Positions 1 through 9,126 of a stretch of 32,000 nt of DNA are shown here, one piece after another. The DNA is taken from the NCBI RefSeq assembly GCF_001652585.1, contig NZ_LWLG01000001.1, positions 150,001 to 182,000 on the forward strand, written 5' to 3'. Source of the DNA: Thermosulfurimonas dismutans. GTDB lineage: Bacteria; Desulfobacterota; Thermodesulfobacteria; Thermodesulfobacteriales; Thermodesulfobacteriaceae. The stretch's first letter is position 1; each line of letters starts with the position of its first letter. Below the pieces are notes generated by a model. The model was not told the origin of the DNA, did no database searches, and was given only the letters and a program-made list of their open reading frames with translations. The position numbers were made by a program, and so were the translations under genes.

Positions 1-164
1 CAAAAACTTGAAAGTTTTTTGAAAAATGGAGGCGAAGTCTATGGTTGAAAAAAGGCCCTTAAGATGCACGGTGTGCATTCCGAGAAAGTAAAACCTGCGG
101 GCAAGAAGGCGTTTTACCAGATGATCTGGGAAAGTGAGAAAGTCCTGGTCTATTAAAATCATAA

Positions 165-239
165 TGGCTGGGGGACCAGGATTCGAACCTGGACTGGCGG
201 GTCCAGAGCCCGCTGTCCTGCCGATTAGACGATCCCCCA
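165..239 (-). tRNA. tRNA-Gln (anticodon CUG), 75 nt with encoded CCA
   Basis: The reverse complement folds as a cloverleaf. Acceptor stem is TGGGGGA/TCCCCCA, T-arm is CCAGG-TTCGAAT-CCTGG, and the anticodon loop is CTCTGGA with CTG at positions 34-36. Discriminator is G followed by CCA. U1-A72 is typical of bacterial tRNA-Gln. Confidence 0.93.
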
Positions 240-260
240 GCTGCCAAGCTTAATTATAAT

Positions 261-1196
261 TTAGCCCTCTTTGAGGTCAAGGGTTGCTATCTTGAGAGTG
301 AGAAAGGGAGTAGCCTGAAGTTCATAATCCCGGGCCAGGGAGGCCGCCATCCCTAGAACTTTCCTGAGCCCTCCCAGGGTCAACCGGTCAAAATTTAGCC
401 GGAGGCCACCTTCGGAGATCAGGGTTAGCTCTCCGGAGAAGCCCTCGATCTCAACCGGTACGGTCTCCCCGGGCTCAGGGAAGATCACCTCTCCCGAAAA
501 CTCCTCTTCGAAATCCGAGGGATCGAGGACATTGAAGCTCACCTCTCCAAGCCGGTCAGAGAGACCGGCCTGATAGCGTAGTTTATTCAAAAGGGCTTCA
601 GGATGGGGCAGGGTGTATGTCTTCCCGCTTTCAAAGGTACTCAGAAACTCCGTAGGTTTAAGGCGCCTCTTAGAAGTAGGATAGGGCAGGATCCCCGAAA
701 GGGAGGCCAGCGTCTCTTCGGACACCCGCACCTGCCGAAACTCGGAAAGCCCGGCTTCGCGAATAGCTTCCCGCCAGAAACGATCACGCTCAAAATCCCG
801 ACTCTCGTAGTCGTATTCGTAATAAACGGCTTTAATGCCTGCTGAAGCAATGAGTTTCAGGCACACGTAACAAGGGGCTAGGGTACAATAAAGTTCTGCA
901 CCTTCCACCGAGATTCCAAACCGGGCCGCTTGGGCAATGGCGTTGGCCTCGGCGTGAGTGGCCCGACAAAAGTTGTATTTGTCTATGTCCGGGATCCCCT
1001 TTTCCCTGCGGAAGCAATACTCTGGCCCACGATCCGTGCAGTGCCAAGCCCCAGGCATAGGGCCATTGTAACCCGTGGCTAAAATTCTCTTGTCCTTCAC
1101 GATCACCGCGCCCGAGGGTCTAGAATTGCACCCCGAACGCAAGGCTACCATCTTGGCAAGCAACATGAAGTATTCTTGCCAGGGAGGTCGCTTCAT
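261..1196 (-). CDS. dCMP/deoxycytidylate deaminase (ComEB-type) with an uncharacterised C-terminal extension of about 145 aa
   Basis: 311-aa ORF. The N-terminal ~165 aa carries the zinc-deaminase motifs HAEANAI and PCYVC and the signature GYNG. The ATG directly abuts the glyA stop (TAGATG). The C-terminal half has no motif I recognise. Confidence 0.85.
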   Translation of the reverse strand: MKRPPWQEYFMLLAKMVALRSGCNSRPSGAVIVKDKRILATGYNGPMPGAWHCTDRGPEYCFRREKGIPDIDKYNFCRATHAEANAIAQAARFGISVEGAELYCTLAPCYVCLKLIASAGIKAVYYEYDYESRDFERDRFWREAIREAGLSEFRQVRVSEETLASLSGILPYPTSKRRLKPTEFLSTFESGKTYTLPHPEALLNKLRYQAGLSDRLGEVSFNVLDPSDFEEEFSGEVIFPEPGETVPVEIEGFSGELTLISEGGLRLNFDRLTLGGLRKVLGMAASLARDYELQATPFLTLKIATLDLKEG

Positions 1197-2444
1197 CTAA
1201 CAGAGGTCCCGATAAACCGGAAATTCCTCGCAGAGACGACGGACTTTCTCACGAATCTCACGAAGAAGGCTCTCATTCTTGGGATCTTTGAGCACTGCAG
1301 ATATCCACCCCCCAACCATCTCCATTTCCCTTTCCTTGAGGCCCCGCGTGGTTACCGCCGGGGTCCCGATACGGATGCCGCTGGTAACTTTGGGAGGAAG
1401 GGGATCGAAGGGGATGGCGTTTTTGTTGACTGTAATCCCGGCCCGACCAAGGGCTTCTTCGGCTTCGGCCCCCGTGAGCCCTTGCTTGGAGAGATCCACT
1501 AGAATGAGGTGGTTGTCCGTGCCGCCGGAAACAAGTCGGAACCCTTCTGCCGAAAGGACCTCGGCCAATTTCCGAGCGTTGGACACCACTTGCTGCTGAT
1601 AAGCCTTGAATTTCGGAGAAAGGGCCTCTTTAAAACATACGGCCTTGGCCGCGATAATGTTCATGTGCGGTCCGCCCTGGATCCCAGGGAAGATAGTCTT
1701 GTCAATCAGTTTCCCGTAGCGTTCTTTGGCCAGAATGAACCCTCCTCGCGGACCACGCATGGTCTTGTGAGTGGTAGAGGTCACGAAATCCGCAAAGGGT
1801 ACCGGTGAAGGATGGATCCCGGCAGCCACCAGGCCCGCAATATGGGCCATATCCACCATGAGATAAGCCCCCACTTCCTGGGCGATAGTATAAAAGGCCT
1901 CGAAATCAATCACCCGGGGGTAGGCACTGGCCCCGGCCACAATCATCTTGGGACGGTGCTCAAGGGCCAGCCGCCTTACCTCCTCGTAATCAATGGTCTC
2001 GGTCTCGCGAGAGACACCGTAGTGCACAATGCGGTAAAGCTTTCCAGAAAAATTCACCGGAGAGCCGTGGGAAAGATGTCCTCCGTGGGCCAAATTCATA
2101 GAGAGGATGGTGTCTCCCGGTTCAAGAACCGCGAAATAAACCCCCATGTTGGCCTGAGTCCCGGAATGGGGCTGGACATTGGCATATTCCGCCCCAAAAA
2201 GCATCTTGAGCCGCTCTCGGGCCAGTTCCTCCACTTGATCTACATACTGACAGCCCCCGTAATAACGGGCCCTAGGGTAACCTTCGGCGTATTTGTTCAT
2301 GAGAGGAGAGCCCTCGGCCTCCATGACCGCTCGCGAGGCCAGGTTCTCCGAAGCGATCATCTCGAGTTGCCCCGAGAGCCTCTCGGCCTCAGACTTGATC
2401 AGTTCCCAGATCTCGGGATCGGTAGTCTTTACAGACTCAAACAT
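1197..2444 (-). CDS. glyA: serine hydroxymethyltransferase
   Basis: Full-length SHMT similarity, including the PLP-lysine region [13 protein letters not shown] prefer the ATG at 2444 ([13 protein letters not shown]) because a GAGG lies about 6 nt upstream. That start overlaps the rpiB stop by 8 nt. Confidence 0.96.
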   Translation of the reverse strand: MFESVKTTDPEIWELIKSEAERLSGQLEMIASENLASRAVMEAEGSPLMNKYAEGYPRARYYGGCQYVDQVEELARERLKMLFGAEYANVQPHSGTQANMGVYFAVLEPGDTILSMNLAHGGHLSHGSPVNFSGKLYRIVHYGVSRETETIDYEEVRRLALEHRPKMIVAGASAYPRVIDFEAFYTIAQEVGAYLMVDMAHIAGLVAAGIHPSPVPFADFVTSTTHKTMRGPRGGFILAKERYGKLIDKTIFPGIQGGPHMNIIAAKAVCFKEALSPKFKAYQQQVVSNARKLAEVLSAEGFRLVSGGTDNHLILVDLSKQGLTGAEAEEALGRAGITVNKNAIPFDPLPPKVTSGIRIGTPAVTTRGLKEREMEMVGGWISAVLKDPKNESLLREIREKVRRLCEEFPVYRDLC

Positions 2445-2889
2445 TTTTAACCTCACCAGCAAGCTCTTCTATAAGTCTAAGTCTCCTTTCGTGTCGGTCC
2501 CCTTCAAAGGGGGTCTCAAGGAAGATCTTCACAAGCTCAAGGGCCAGGGCCTCTCCTACCACTCGCCCCCCCATAACCAGCACATTGGCGTCGTTATGGA
2601 GACGGCTCATACGAGCGGTGTAACAATCACAACAGAGGGCCGCCCTTATACCGGGGAACCGATTGGCCGTAATGCTCATTCCGATGCCGGTCCCGCAGAT
2701 GAGGATACCTCTTTCTGCCTCGCCAGATAGGATCTTTTTAATGGCCTCAACTCCAAAAACCGGATAATCCACGGACTCGCAACTCCTACAGCCCACATCC
2801 AGGATCTCGTGCCCTTGCGTCTCAAGATAGGCCTTGATCTTCTCCTTCAAGCTAAACCCTGCGTGATCTGAAGCCAGAACGATCTTCAC
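2437..2889 (-). CDS. rpiB: ribose-5-phosphate isomerase B
   Basis: 150 aa with typical RpiB/LacAB family sequence ([12 protein letters not shown]..., [12 protein letters not shown]). GTG start. Confidence 0.92.
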   Translation of the reverse strand: MKIVLASDHAGFSLKEKIKAYLETQGHEILDVGCRSCESVDYPVFGVEAIKKILSGEAERGILICGTGIGMSITANRFPGIRAALCCDCYTARMSRLHNDANVLVMGGRVVGEALALELVKIFLETPFEGDRHERRLRLIEELAGEVKNV

Positions 2890-2901
2890 TTCAGTTACCC
2901 C

Positions 2902-4140
2902 TTATTCCTCAAACTTCTTGAAGACCAAAACCGCGTTTGTGCCCCCGAAACCAAAAGCGTTTGACATAGCCACCCGCACCTCTGTGCGCCGGGCCTCATT
3001 GGGAACATAATCCAAATCACACTCGGGATCCGGTTCCTCATAATTGACGGTAGGCGGAATAATATCCTCGTACACAGTTTTCACCGTAAAGACGGCCTCA
3101 AGCCCTCCGGCCCCACCTAAAAGATGCCCGGTCATGGATTTGGTGGAAGATATTGCCAGACGATGGGCGTGATCTCCGAAGACCTTTTTGATAGCCTTAG
3201 TCTCGGCGGCGTCATTAAGGGGAGTACTAGTCCCATGAGCATTGATGTAGTCCACATCCTGGGGCTTAAGGCCAGCATCTGAGAGAGCCATCTCCATACA
3301 CCGGGCCGCACCCTCGCCTTCCGGATGCGGGGCTGTCATGTGATAAGCATCCGCATTAAGTCCATATCCTACAATCTCAGCGTAAATCTTCGCCCCACGG
3401 GCCTTGGCGTGTTCTAGAGATTCAAGGACGAGGATACCGCAACCCTCGGCGATCACAAAGCCATCCCGTTTGGCATCAAAGGGACGGCTTGCCCGCTGTG
3501 GCTCGTCGTTACGGGTGGAAAGGGCCTTCATAATAGCAAAGCCGCCCACCGAAAGGGGAGTTATAAGGCTCTCCGTCCCCCCGCAGATCATGACCTCCGC
3601 CAAACCCTCCCGAATAAGACGAAAGGCCTCCCCAATAGCATGGTTGCCGGCAGCACAGGCCGTACAGACCGCCGTGTTAGGTCCTTTCGCCCCGAAGAGG
3701 ATAGCCACCTGCCCAGCCGCCATGTTAGGAATGACCATAGGGATGAAAAAGGGTGTAATCCGGCGGTAACCCTTTTCCCGTACAACGAGGCTGTAATTTT
3801 CAACCACACCCATGCCCCCCATGCCCACTCCAATGATGGCCCCGGCGGAAGGACCAAGATCCGAGGTAGGAAGACCCGCGTCCTCAAGGGCCATGCGGGC
3901 GGCGGCAATGGCGTATTGAATGAAAGTATCTATTCGGGAAACTAGTTTTCGAGGCATGAACTCCTCGGGCTTAAAGCCCTTGACCTCACCCGCAATCCTT
4001 GAGGGAAGCTCTGAGGCATCAAACTTGGTAATAGGGCCAATTCCGGACTCTCCGGCCACGGCCCGCTTCCAGGTCTCCTCTACCCCGATGCCTAGGGGGG
4101 AGACTGCTCCCAATCCTGTAACCACCACCCGCCGTCTCAC
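2902..4140 (-). CDS. fabF: 3-oxoacyl-ACP synthase II
   Basis: 412 aa. KAS II motifs are present: active-site Cys in AVCTACAAG, His in the NAHGTSTP and [12 protein letters not shown] regions, and a C-terminal [11 protein letters not shown]. Confidence 0.96.
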   Translation of the reverse strand: MRRRVVVTGLGAVSPLGIGVEETWKRAVAGESGIGPITKFDASELPSRIAGEVKGFKPEEFMPRKLVSRIDTFIQYAIAAARMALEDAGLPTSDLGPSAGAIIGVGMGGMGVVENYSLVVREKGYRRITPFFIPMVIPNMAAGQVAILFGAKGPNTAVCTACAAGNHAIGEAFRLIREGLAEVMICGGTESLITPLSVGGFAIMKALSTRNDEPQRASRPFDAKRDGFVIAEGCGILVLESLEHAKARGAKIYAEIVGYGLNADAYHMTAPHPEGEGAARCMEMALSDAGLKPQDVDYINAHGTSTPLNDAAETKAIKKVFGDHAHRLAISSTKSMTGHLLGGAGGLEAVFTVKTVYEDIIPPTVNYEEPDPECDLDYVPNEARRTEVRVAMSNAFGFGGTNAVLVFKKFEE

Positions 4141-4153
4141 GTAGGCCCTCCTA

Positions 4154-4387
4154 TTACTTGACCCGTTCTTTGATATAGTCTAACACATCTTTTACAGTGC
4201 GTAGCTTCTCCGCTTCCTCGTCCGAGATCTCCATACCGAATTCCTCCTCCATAGCCATCACCAGTTCTACCAAATCCAGGGAATCCGCCCCGAGATCATC
4301 CACAAAGGATGCCTCCGGTTTGACCTGATCCTCAGAAACATTAAGTTTCTCGGCGATGATCTTGATGACCTTCTCCTCTACGGACAT
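4154..4387 (-). CDS. acpP: acyl carrier protein
   Basis: 77 aa with the phosphopantetheine attachment motif [13 protein letters not shown]. It sits between fabG and fabF. Confidence 0.96.
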   Translation of the reverse strand: MSVEEKVIKIIAEKLNVSEDQVKPEASFVDDLGADSLDLVELVMAMEEEFGMEISDEEAEKLRTVKDVLDYIKERVK

Positions 4388-4420
4388 CGCATCCCTCCTT
4401 ACCCAATTGGATTTGGAAAG

Positions 4421-4449
4421 CTTCTAGCCTATTTTAAAAGTTTTTTCAA
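4421..4449 (-). promoter_or_regulatory. candidate sigma70-type promoter for acpP-fabF
   Basis: On the minus strand: TTGAAA, a 17-nt spacer, then TAGAAG. It lies in the 70-nt fabG-acpP gap, upstream of an AAGGAGGG ribosome-binding site. The -10 is weak. Confidence 0.25.
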
Positions 4450-4457
4450 TATCTCGC

Positions 4458-5201
4458 TCACCAAAGGCCTCCGTTCACGTGGAGGACCGTGCCCGTAATG
4501 TAGGAGGCCTTATCCGAGGCTAAAAAGACCACGGCGTGGGCTACCTCTTCCGGGGTACCGGCCCGGCCCATAGGAACCTGCGAAAGAAGCGCCTCCCGGG
4601 CCTTCTCCGGAAGAGCCGCGGTCATGTCCGTCTCGATATACCCCGGGGCCACCACATTGACCGTAATACCCCGTCGGGCCACCTCAAGGGCCAGAGACCG
4701 GCTGAAACCTACCAGACCAGCTTTCGAGGCCGCGTAATTGGTCTGTCCGGGATTGCCGGAAAAAGCCACTACCGAGGAAATATTGATAATACGTCCATCA
4801 CGGCGTTTCATCATCCCCGGAAGCACGGCTTTCGTTACCAAAAACGCACCCTTGAGATTTACCGAAAGCACCCGTTCCCAATCCTCGTCCTTCATACGCA
4901 CCAGTAAGCCGTCCCGGGTAATCCCGGCGTTGTTCACCAAAATGTCAATCCGGCCAAAGGCCTCCTCCACGGCCTTCACCCCTTCGGCCACGGCGGAAGG
5001 GTCTGCCACATCGAATTTGACCAAGAAGGCCCTGCGGCCCAGGGACTCGATCTCGCGGGCGACCTCTTTAGCAGCCTCTTCCGAGACCGCATAGTTCACC
5101 GCCACATCCGCTCCGGCCCGGGCCAGTTCCACCGCCACCGCCCGGCCAATACCCCTTGAGGCCCCGGTAACCAGGGCCACCTTGTCCTTAAGAAGCTCCA
5201 T
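4458..5201 (-). CDS. fabG: 3-oxoacyl-ACP reductase
   Basis: 247-aa SDR with TGASRGIG, NNAG and YxxxK (YAASKAG) motifs. Standard fab-cluster position. Overlaps the etfA stop by 14 nt. Confidence 0.94.
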   Translation of the reverse strand: MELLKDKVALVTGASRGIGRAVAVELARAGADVAVNYAVSEEAAKEVAREIESLGRRAFLVKFDVADPSAVAEGVKAVEEAFGRIDILVNNAGITRDGLLVRMKDEDWERVLSVNLKGAFLVTKAVLPGMMKRRDGRIINISSVVAFSGNPGQTNYAASKAGLVGFSRSLALEVARRGITVNVVAPGYIETDMTAALPEKAREALLSQVPMGRAGTPEEVAHAVVFLASDKASYITGTVLHVNGGLW

Positions 5202-6189
5202 CTCTTCCCTCCTTTATCTCCCGGATTCGGCGAATCAAAAGGGGGAGAATACGAGTGGCATCTCCCACCACCGCTATATCAGCTCGCTGCATCAGGGTGG
5301 CCTCGGGATCGGTGTTGACCGCCACTACCACTTCCGAACCTTCCATGCCAACGGTATGCTGAAGGGCTCCCGAAATCCCAAAACCGATATAAAGCCGTGG
5401 AGCCACGGTCTCTCCGCTCACCCCAATCATATGCTCCTCTGAGATCCAGCCCAGATGACAGACCGGCCTGGTAGCCCCCACCGCTCCGGAAAGGAGCTTA
5501 GCTAGTTCGTGGAGTTTTTCAAAATTCTCTTTGGTAAGGAGACCTCGGCCACCGGCCACCACCACCTTGGCCTCAGAAAGGGGGCTTTCCTTCCGTGGAA
5601 CAGGATAAACGGCCCTGCGTCTCAGAACGCTTTTGGGAACCTCTGAGAGCCTGATCTCCTCGGGTTCTCCCTCTCCAGAGGCCTGTGGTTCGGCCTTAGG
5701 GAAGACCCCCGGACGAACGGTGGCCATCTGGGGCCGGGTTTTTGAGACGATTTTGGCCATGACGTTTTCCCCGAAAGAGGGACGAATCTGGATCAGCCGG
5801 GCCTCATCGTCAACCTCAAAGGCTATACAGTGGGCCGTAAGCCCGAGCCCGAGAAGACCGGCCACCCGCGGGGCTAGGGCCTGGCCCTCAGCCGTGGCCC
5901 CGAAAAGAAAGACCGAAGGATCTCTTTCCTTTATCGCAGCAGCCAGAATTTCGGCGTAAAGATCGTCCCGAAAATATGAAAGCTCGGGATGAATGAAAAG
6001 GAGGACCTTTTCCACCCCGTAGCGAAAAAGTTCCCGGGCAGCCTCTCTAAGATCATCCGTCCCTAAAACTACCACCGTGACCTTTTCGGCAAGTTTCGGG
6101 GCTAGCCTCCGAGCCACGGAAATGAGCTCATAGACCACCGGATGGAAACCATTCTCTCCCCATTCCCCATAAATCCAGAAACCGCCCAT
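5188..6189 (-). CDS. etfA: electron transfer flavoprotein, alpha subunit
   Basis: 333 aa. C-terminal FAD-binding region (VVAGGRG..., GISGALQHTVGM, VVAVNTDP). GAGGAGG ribosome-binding site upstream. Confidence 0.92.
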   Translation of the reverse strand: MGGFWIYGEWGENGFHPVVYELISVARRLAPKLAEKVTVVVLGTDDLREAARELFRYGVEKVLLFIHPELSYFRDDLYAEILAAAIKERDPSVFLFGATAEGQALAPRVAGLLGLGLTAHCIAFEVDDEARLIQIRPSFGENVMAKIVSKTRPQMATVRPGVFPKAEPQASGEGEPEEIRLSEVPKSVLRRRAVYPVPRKESPLSEAKVVVAGGRGLLTKENFEKLHELAKLLSGAVGATRPVCHLGWISEEHMIGVSGETVAPRLYIGFGISGALQHTVGMEGSEVVVAVNTDPEATLMQRADIAVVGDATRILPLLIRRIREIKEGRDGAS

Positions 6190-6204
6190 AGGAACCTCCT
6201 CGCC

Positions 6205-6990
6205 TCAGATTAATCCTCTCTCCCGCAAAATGGAAACTAACTTTTCTACCACTTCTTCCGGTTCGCCAGAAAGGACCTCTCTCTTCCCCTCATAGGTGGG
6301 AGTGAAGACATCGAGGACCTGTGTAGGGGAGCCGGAAAGACCGGTTTTTGTCGGGTCACAATCCACCTGCCTAGCCGAAAGGACTTGAGGTTCAAGGTTT
6401 CTTACCGCAAGCAACCGCTTAAGCGAAGGGGGACGAGGATCGTTTGTCTCTGGCTCAACCGTAATCACAGCCGGAGGAGAAAATTCCACTTCTTCCTCAA
6501 AGTCCTCAAAAATCCGACGGGCTACCCAGGCATCATTCTCCCCCCGGACAAGGGTCTTTACCTGGGTAATACTAGGGATTCCAAGCCAGGCCCCGGTTTC
6601 AGGACCTACCTGAGCCGTCTCCCCGTCTATGGAAGCCTTCCCCATCAAAACCAGATCAAAAGGGGAAAGCTTCTGGATGGCTTTAGCCAAGGCATAACTC
6701 GTGGCCAAAGTGTCCGAGCCCGCAAAGGCTCGATCTGAAAGAAGTACTAGCTCGTCAGCTCCGAGGGCATAGGCCTCCTTGAGGAGCGGCACGGCGTTCG
6801 GCGGTCCCATCATAAGGGCCGTAACCTTTCCTCCGTATCGCTCCTTGAGCTCTACCGCCATCTCAAGGGCAAATCTGTCTGGAGGATTGATAATAAGCTC
6901 TGAACTCGCTCGCTTCAGGGTATGAGTCTCCGGATCAACCTTCACCGTTCCGGGTTCCGGTACGGGTTTGAGGCAGACTATCAAGTTCAT
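6205..6990 (-). CDS. etfB: electron transfer flavoprotein, beta subunit
   Basis: 261 aa with an EtfB-like sequence (MNLIVCLKPVP..., DLVLMGKASIDGETAQVGP). AGGAGG ribosome-binding site upstream. Confidence 0.92.
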   Translation of the reverse strand: MNLIVCLKPVPEPGTVKVDPETHTLKRASSELIINPPDRFALEMAVELKERYGGKVTALMMGPPNAVPLLKEAYALGADELVLLSDRAFAGSDTLATSYALAKAIQKLSPFDLVLMGKASIDGETAQVGPETGAWLGIPSITQVKTLVRGENDAWVARRIFEDFEEEVEFSPPAVITVEPETNDPRPPSLKRLLAVRNLEPQVLSARQVDCDPTKTGLSGSPTQVLDVFTPTYEGKREVLSGEPEEVVEKLVSILRERGLI

Positions 6991-6998
6991 AAGACCTC

Positions 6999-8153
6999 CT
7001 AGTCCCGATAATACTTAAGTAATTCCCGAGCAATGACGTTACGCTGGATCTCATTGGTGCCCTCGTAGATCTGAAGGCACTTGGCATCTCGCATCATCTT
7101 CTCCGCGAGAAAATCCCGCATATAACCATAGCCTCCCATCATTTGGACCGCCCGTTCGGTAACCCACATGGCTACATCAGTGGCAAAGGCCTTGGCCATA
7201 GCCGAGGGACCGGAGATCTCTTTGGCCCCGGCGTCAATATTTTTGGCCGTCTGATAGACCAGACTTCTGGCGGCCTCGATCCGCATGGCCATTTCGGCAA
7301 AGGTATGACTTACGGCCTGAAAGTTGTAAATCGGCTGACCGAATTGCACTCGCGTACGGGCGTGTTTTAGGGCCAACTCCATGGCCCCCTGCGCCAGGCC
7401 CACGGCCTGAGCTCCTACCCCGACGCGAGCGTAATCTAGGGTTTTTAGAGCTATAATGAAACCCATGCCTTCCCGTCCAAGGAGCCGATTCTTGGGGATG
7501 CGGCAGTTGGTAAAAAAGAGCTCCGTGGTTACTGAGGCTCGAAGGCCCATCTTCTTCTCCTTGCGTCCCACCGAAAACCCGGGGTCTCCGCGCTCCACGA
7601 TGAAAGCACTGGCACCGCGGGCCCCCTTTTTGAGATCCGTAAGGGCAATCACGATGTAAATATCGGCGATACCACCATTGGTAATCCACTGTTTGATGCC
7701 GTTTAGGACGTAATAATCACCGTCCTGTTCGGCCCGGGTTTGAATGGCCGCCGCGTCGCTTCCGGCCTGGGGTTCCGTAAGGGCAAAAGCGCACAGCCTG
7801 CGTCCCGCGGCCACCTCCGGAAGATATTTCGCCTTCTGCTCCTGGTTCCCGAAAAGGAGAATAGGGTAGGCCCCAAGGAAACTCGCGGCGTAAGTAGTAG
7901 CCACCCCGGTACAATATTTAGAAAGATGTTCCACCGCCAGACATAGAGCAAAGCTACCAAAACCTAGTCCTCCGTATTCCTTCGGGATGACCACCCCTAA
8001 AAGATCAGCCTTTGCAAGGGCCCTTATGGGGCGGGGATCATAAGTCTCCTCTTCATCCCAATCCCTAGCATAAGGCAAAATGTATTCTCGTCCGATCTGG
8101 TTTACCAGATCCACTAGGATCTCTTCTTCCTCCGAAAGAAAATACGAAAGCAT
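6999..8153 (-). CDS. acyl-CoA dehydrogenase (short/medium-chain, butyryl-CoA dehydrogenase-like)
   Basis: ACAD family throughout, with the catalytic-base context IYEGTNEIQR. I prefer the second ATG at 8153 (MLSYFLSEEEE) because AAGAGGAGG lies 6 nt upstream. The ORF-track start at 8180 adds 9 aa. Confidence 0.9.
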   Translation of the reverse strand: MLSYFLSEEEEILVDLVNQIGREYILPYARDWDEEETYDPRPIRALAKADLLGVVIPKEYGGLGFGSFALCLAVEHLSKYCTGVATTYAASFLGAYPILLFGNQEQKAKYLPEVAAGRRLCAFALTEPQAGSDAAAIQTRAEQDGDYYVLNGIKQWITNGGIADIYIVIALTDLKKGARGASAFIVERGDPGFSVGRKEKKMGLRASVTTELFFTNCRIPKNRLLGREGMGFIIALKTLDYARVGVGAQAVGLAQGAMELALKHARTRVQFGQPIYNFQAVSHTFAEMAMRIEAARSLVYQTAKNIDAGAKEISGPSAMAKAFATDVAMWVTERAVQMMGGYGYMRDFLAEKMMRDAKCLQIYEGTNEIQRNVIARELLKYYRD

Positions 8154-8200
8154 ACTGGGCCTCCTCTTGAGAACCTGCATGCTTTACCATATAAGAAATT

Positions 8201-9079
8201 ATGGAATTTTTAAAGATTACCTTCCCCAATTCGGGAGTCCAAACTTACCTCTTCATTCCTCCGTTGGTAAGCTTTGGACTGGCCTTTTTTGGGGTCATGG
8301 GCGGAGTGACTGGGGCTTTTCTGCTTCTACCCTTTCAGTTCTCCGTACTCCACTATACCTCTCCAGGGGTTTCGGCTACCAACCTCCTTTATAATCTCTT
8401 CACCATTCCTCCGGCCCTCATTCGCTACCGCCGCGAGGGACGTTTTCATGTCCCTCTGACTGTAGTCATGATACTTGGTACCACACCAGGGATGTTTTTG
8501 GGATATCTTTTACGGCTCAAGATCTTCCAAGACCCCGCACGTTTCAAACTCCTGATCGGCCTAGTTCTTCTCTACCTCGCAATCCAGATATTGAAAAACC
8601 TCCTCACCAGTTCCCGTTCCGTTCATACCTCAAGCAAGATCCTGATTCTCCGTTCCAGTCCGCAAAAGCTGATCTTCTCCTTTGGGGAAAAGACCTACGA
8701 GATTCCGGTGATTTTCACCTGGGGGGTGAGCTTTCTAGTGGGCATCATAGGCGGAGCCTATGGCATCGGTGGAGGTGCCATCCTGGCGCCTTTCCTGATT
8801 TCGGTTCTCCGGCTACCGGTACATGCGGTCGCCGGCTCGACACTTGCCACCACCTTTCTGGCCTCGCTCTTCGGACTCTTCGTTTATGGCTTCGGCCCAG
8901 GATCCGGACCGGATACCCGACCGGATCTGCTTCTCGGAAGCCTCTTCGGTCTCGGAGGCATTATTGGAGCTTACCTAGGAGCCCGGTTCCAGAAACGCAT
9001 CCCTGAGCGTCCCATCAAATGGGGACTCTTCGGAACGCTACTTTTTATAGCTTTGAAATACCTCTTCGGAGCGTTTTAA
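8201..9079 (+). CDS. TauE/SafE-family (sulfite/anion exporter-like) membrane protein
   Basis: 292 aa, polytopic and hydrophobic, with two Gly-rich half-repeats (GVMGGVTGAF... and GIIGGAYGIGGGAILAPF) typical of the TauE/DUF81 family. Confidence 0.8.
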   Translation: MEFLKITFPNSGVQTYLFIPPLVSFGLAFFGVMGGVTGAFLLLPFQFSVLHYTSPGVSATNLLYNLFTIPPALIRYRREGRFHVPLTVVMILGTTPGMFLGYLLRLKIFQDPARFKLLIGLVLLYLAIQILKNLLTSSRSVHTSSKILILRSSPQKLIFSFGEKTYEIPVIFTWGVSFLVGIIGGAYGIGGGAILAPFLISVLRLPVHAVAGSTLATTFLASLFGLFVYGFGPGSGPDTRPDLLLGSLFGLGGIIGAYLGARFQKRIPERPIKWGLFGTLLFIALKYLFGAF

Positions 9080-9126
9080 TGATTTTGGGTTGTATGTAAT
9101 AATAATAAAAATCTAGGAGGTCACAC

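Noticed and set aside
2-19. Perfect AT-rich palindrome AAAAACTT-GA-AAGTTTTT at the extreme 5' edge.
   Set aside because: An all-A/T stem would be a very weak hairpin. Without the upstream sequence I cannot tell whether it is a terminator, an operator or chance.
27-156. Two very short plus-strand ORFs near the window start: a 21-aa ORF at 27..92 containing RCTVC, and a 30-aa ORF at 64..156 (MHGVHSEKVKPAGKKAFYQMIWESEKVLVY).
   Set aside because: Both fall below any reliable coding threshold, have weak or absent ribosome-binding sites and no recognisable family. They sit at the window edge, so upstream context is missing.
59-247. 62-aa minus-strand ORF.
   Set aside because: It is superimposed on tRNA-Gln (165..239). 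It has no ribosome-binding site and no recognisable protein features.
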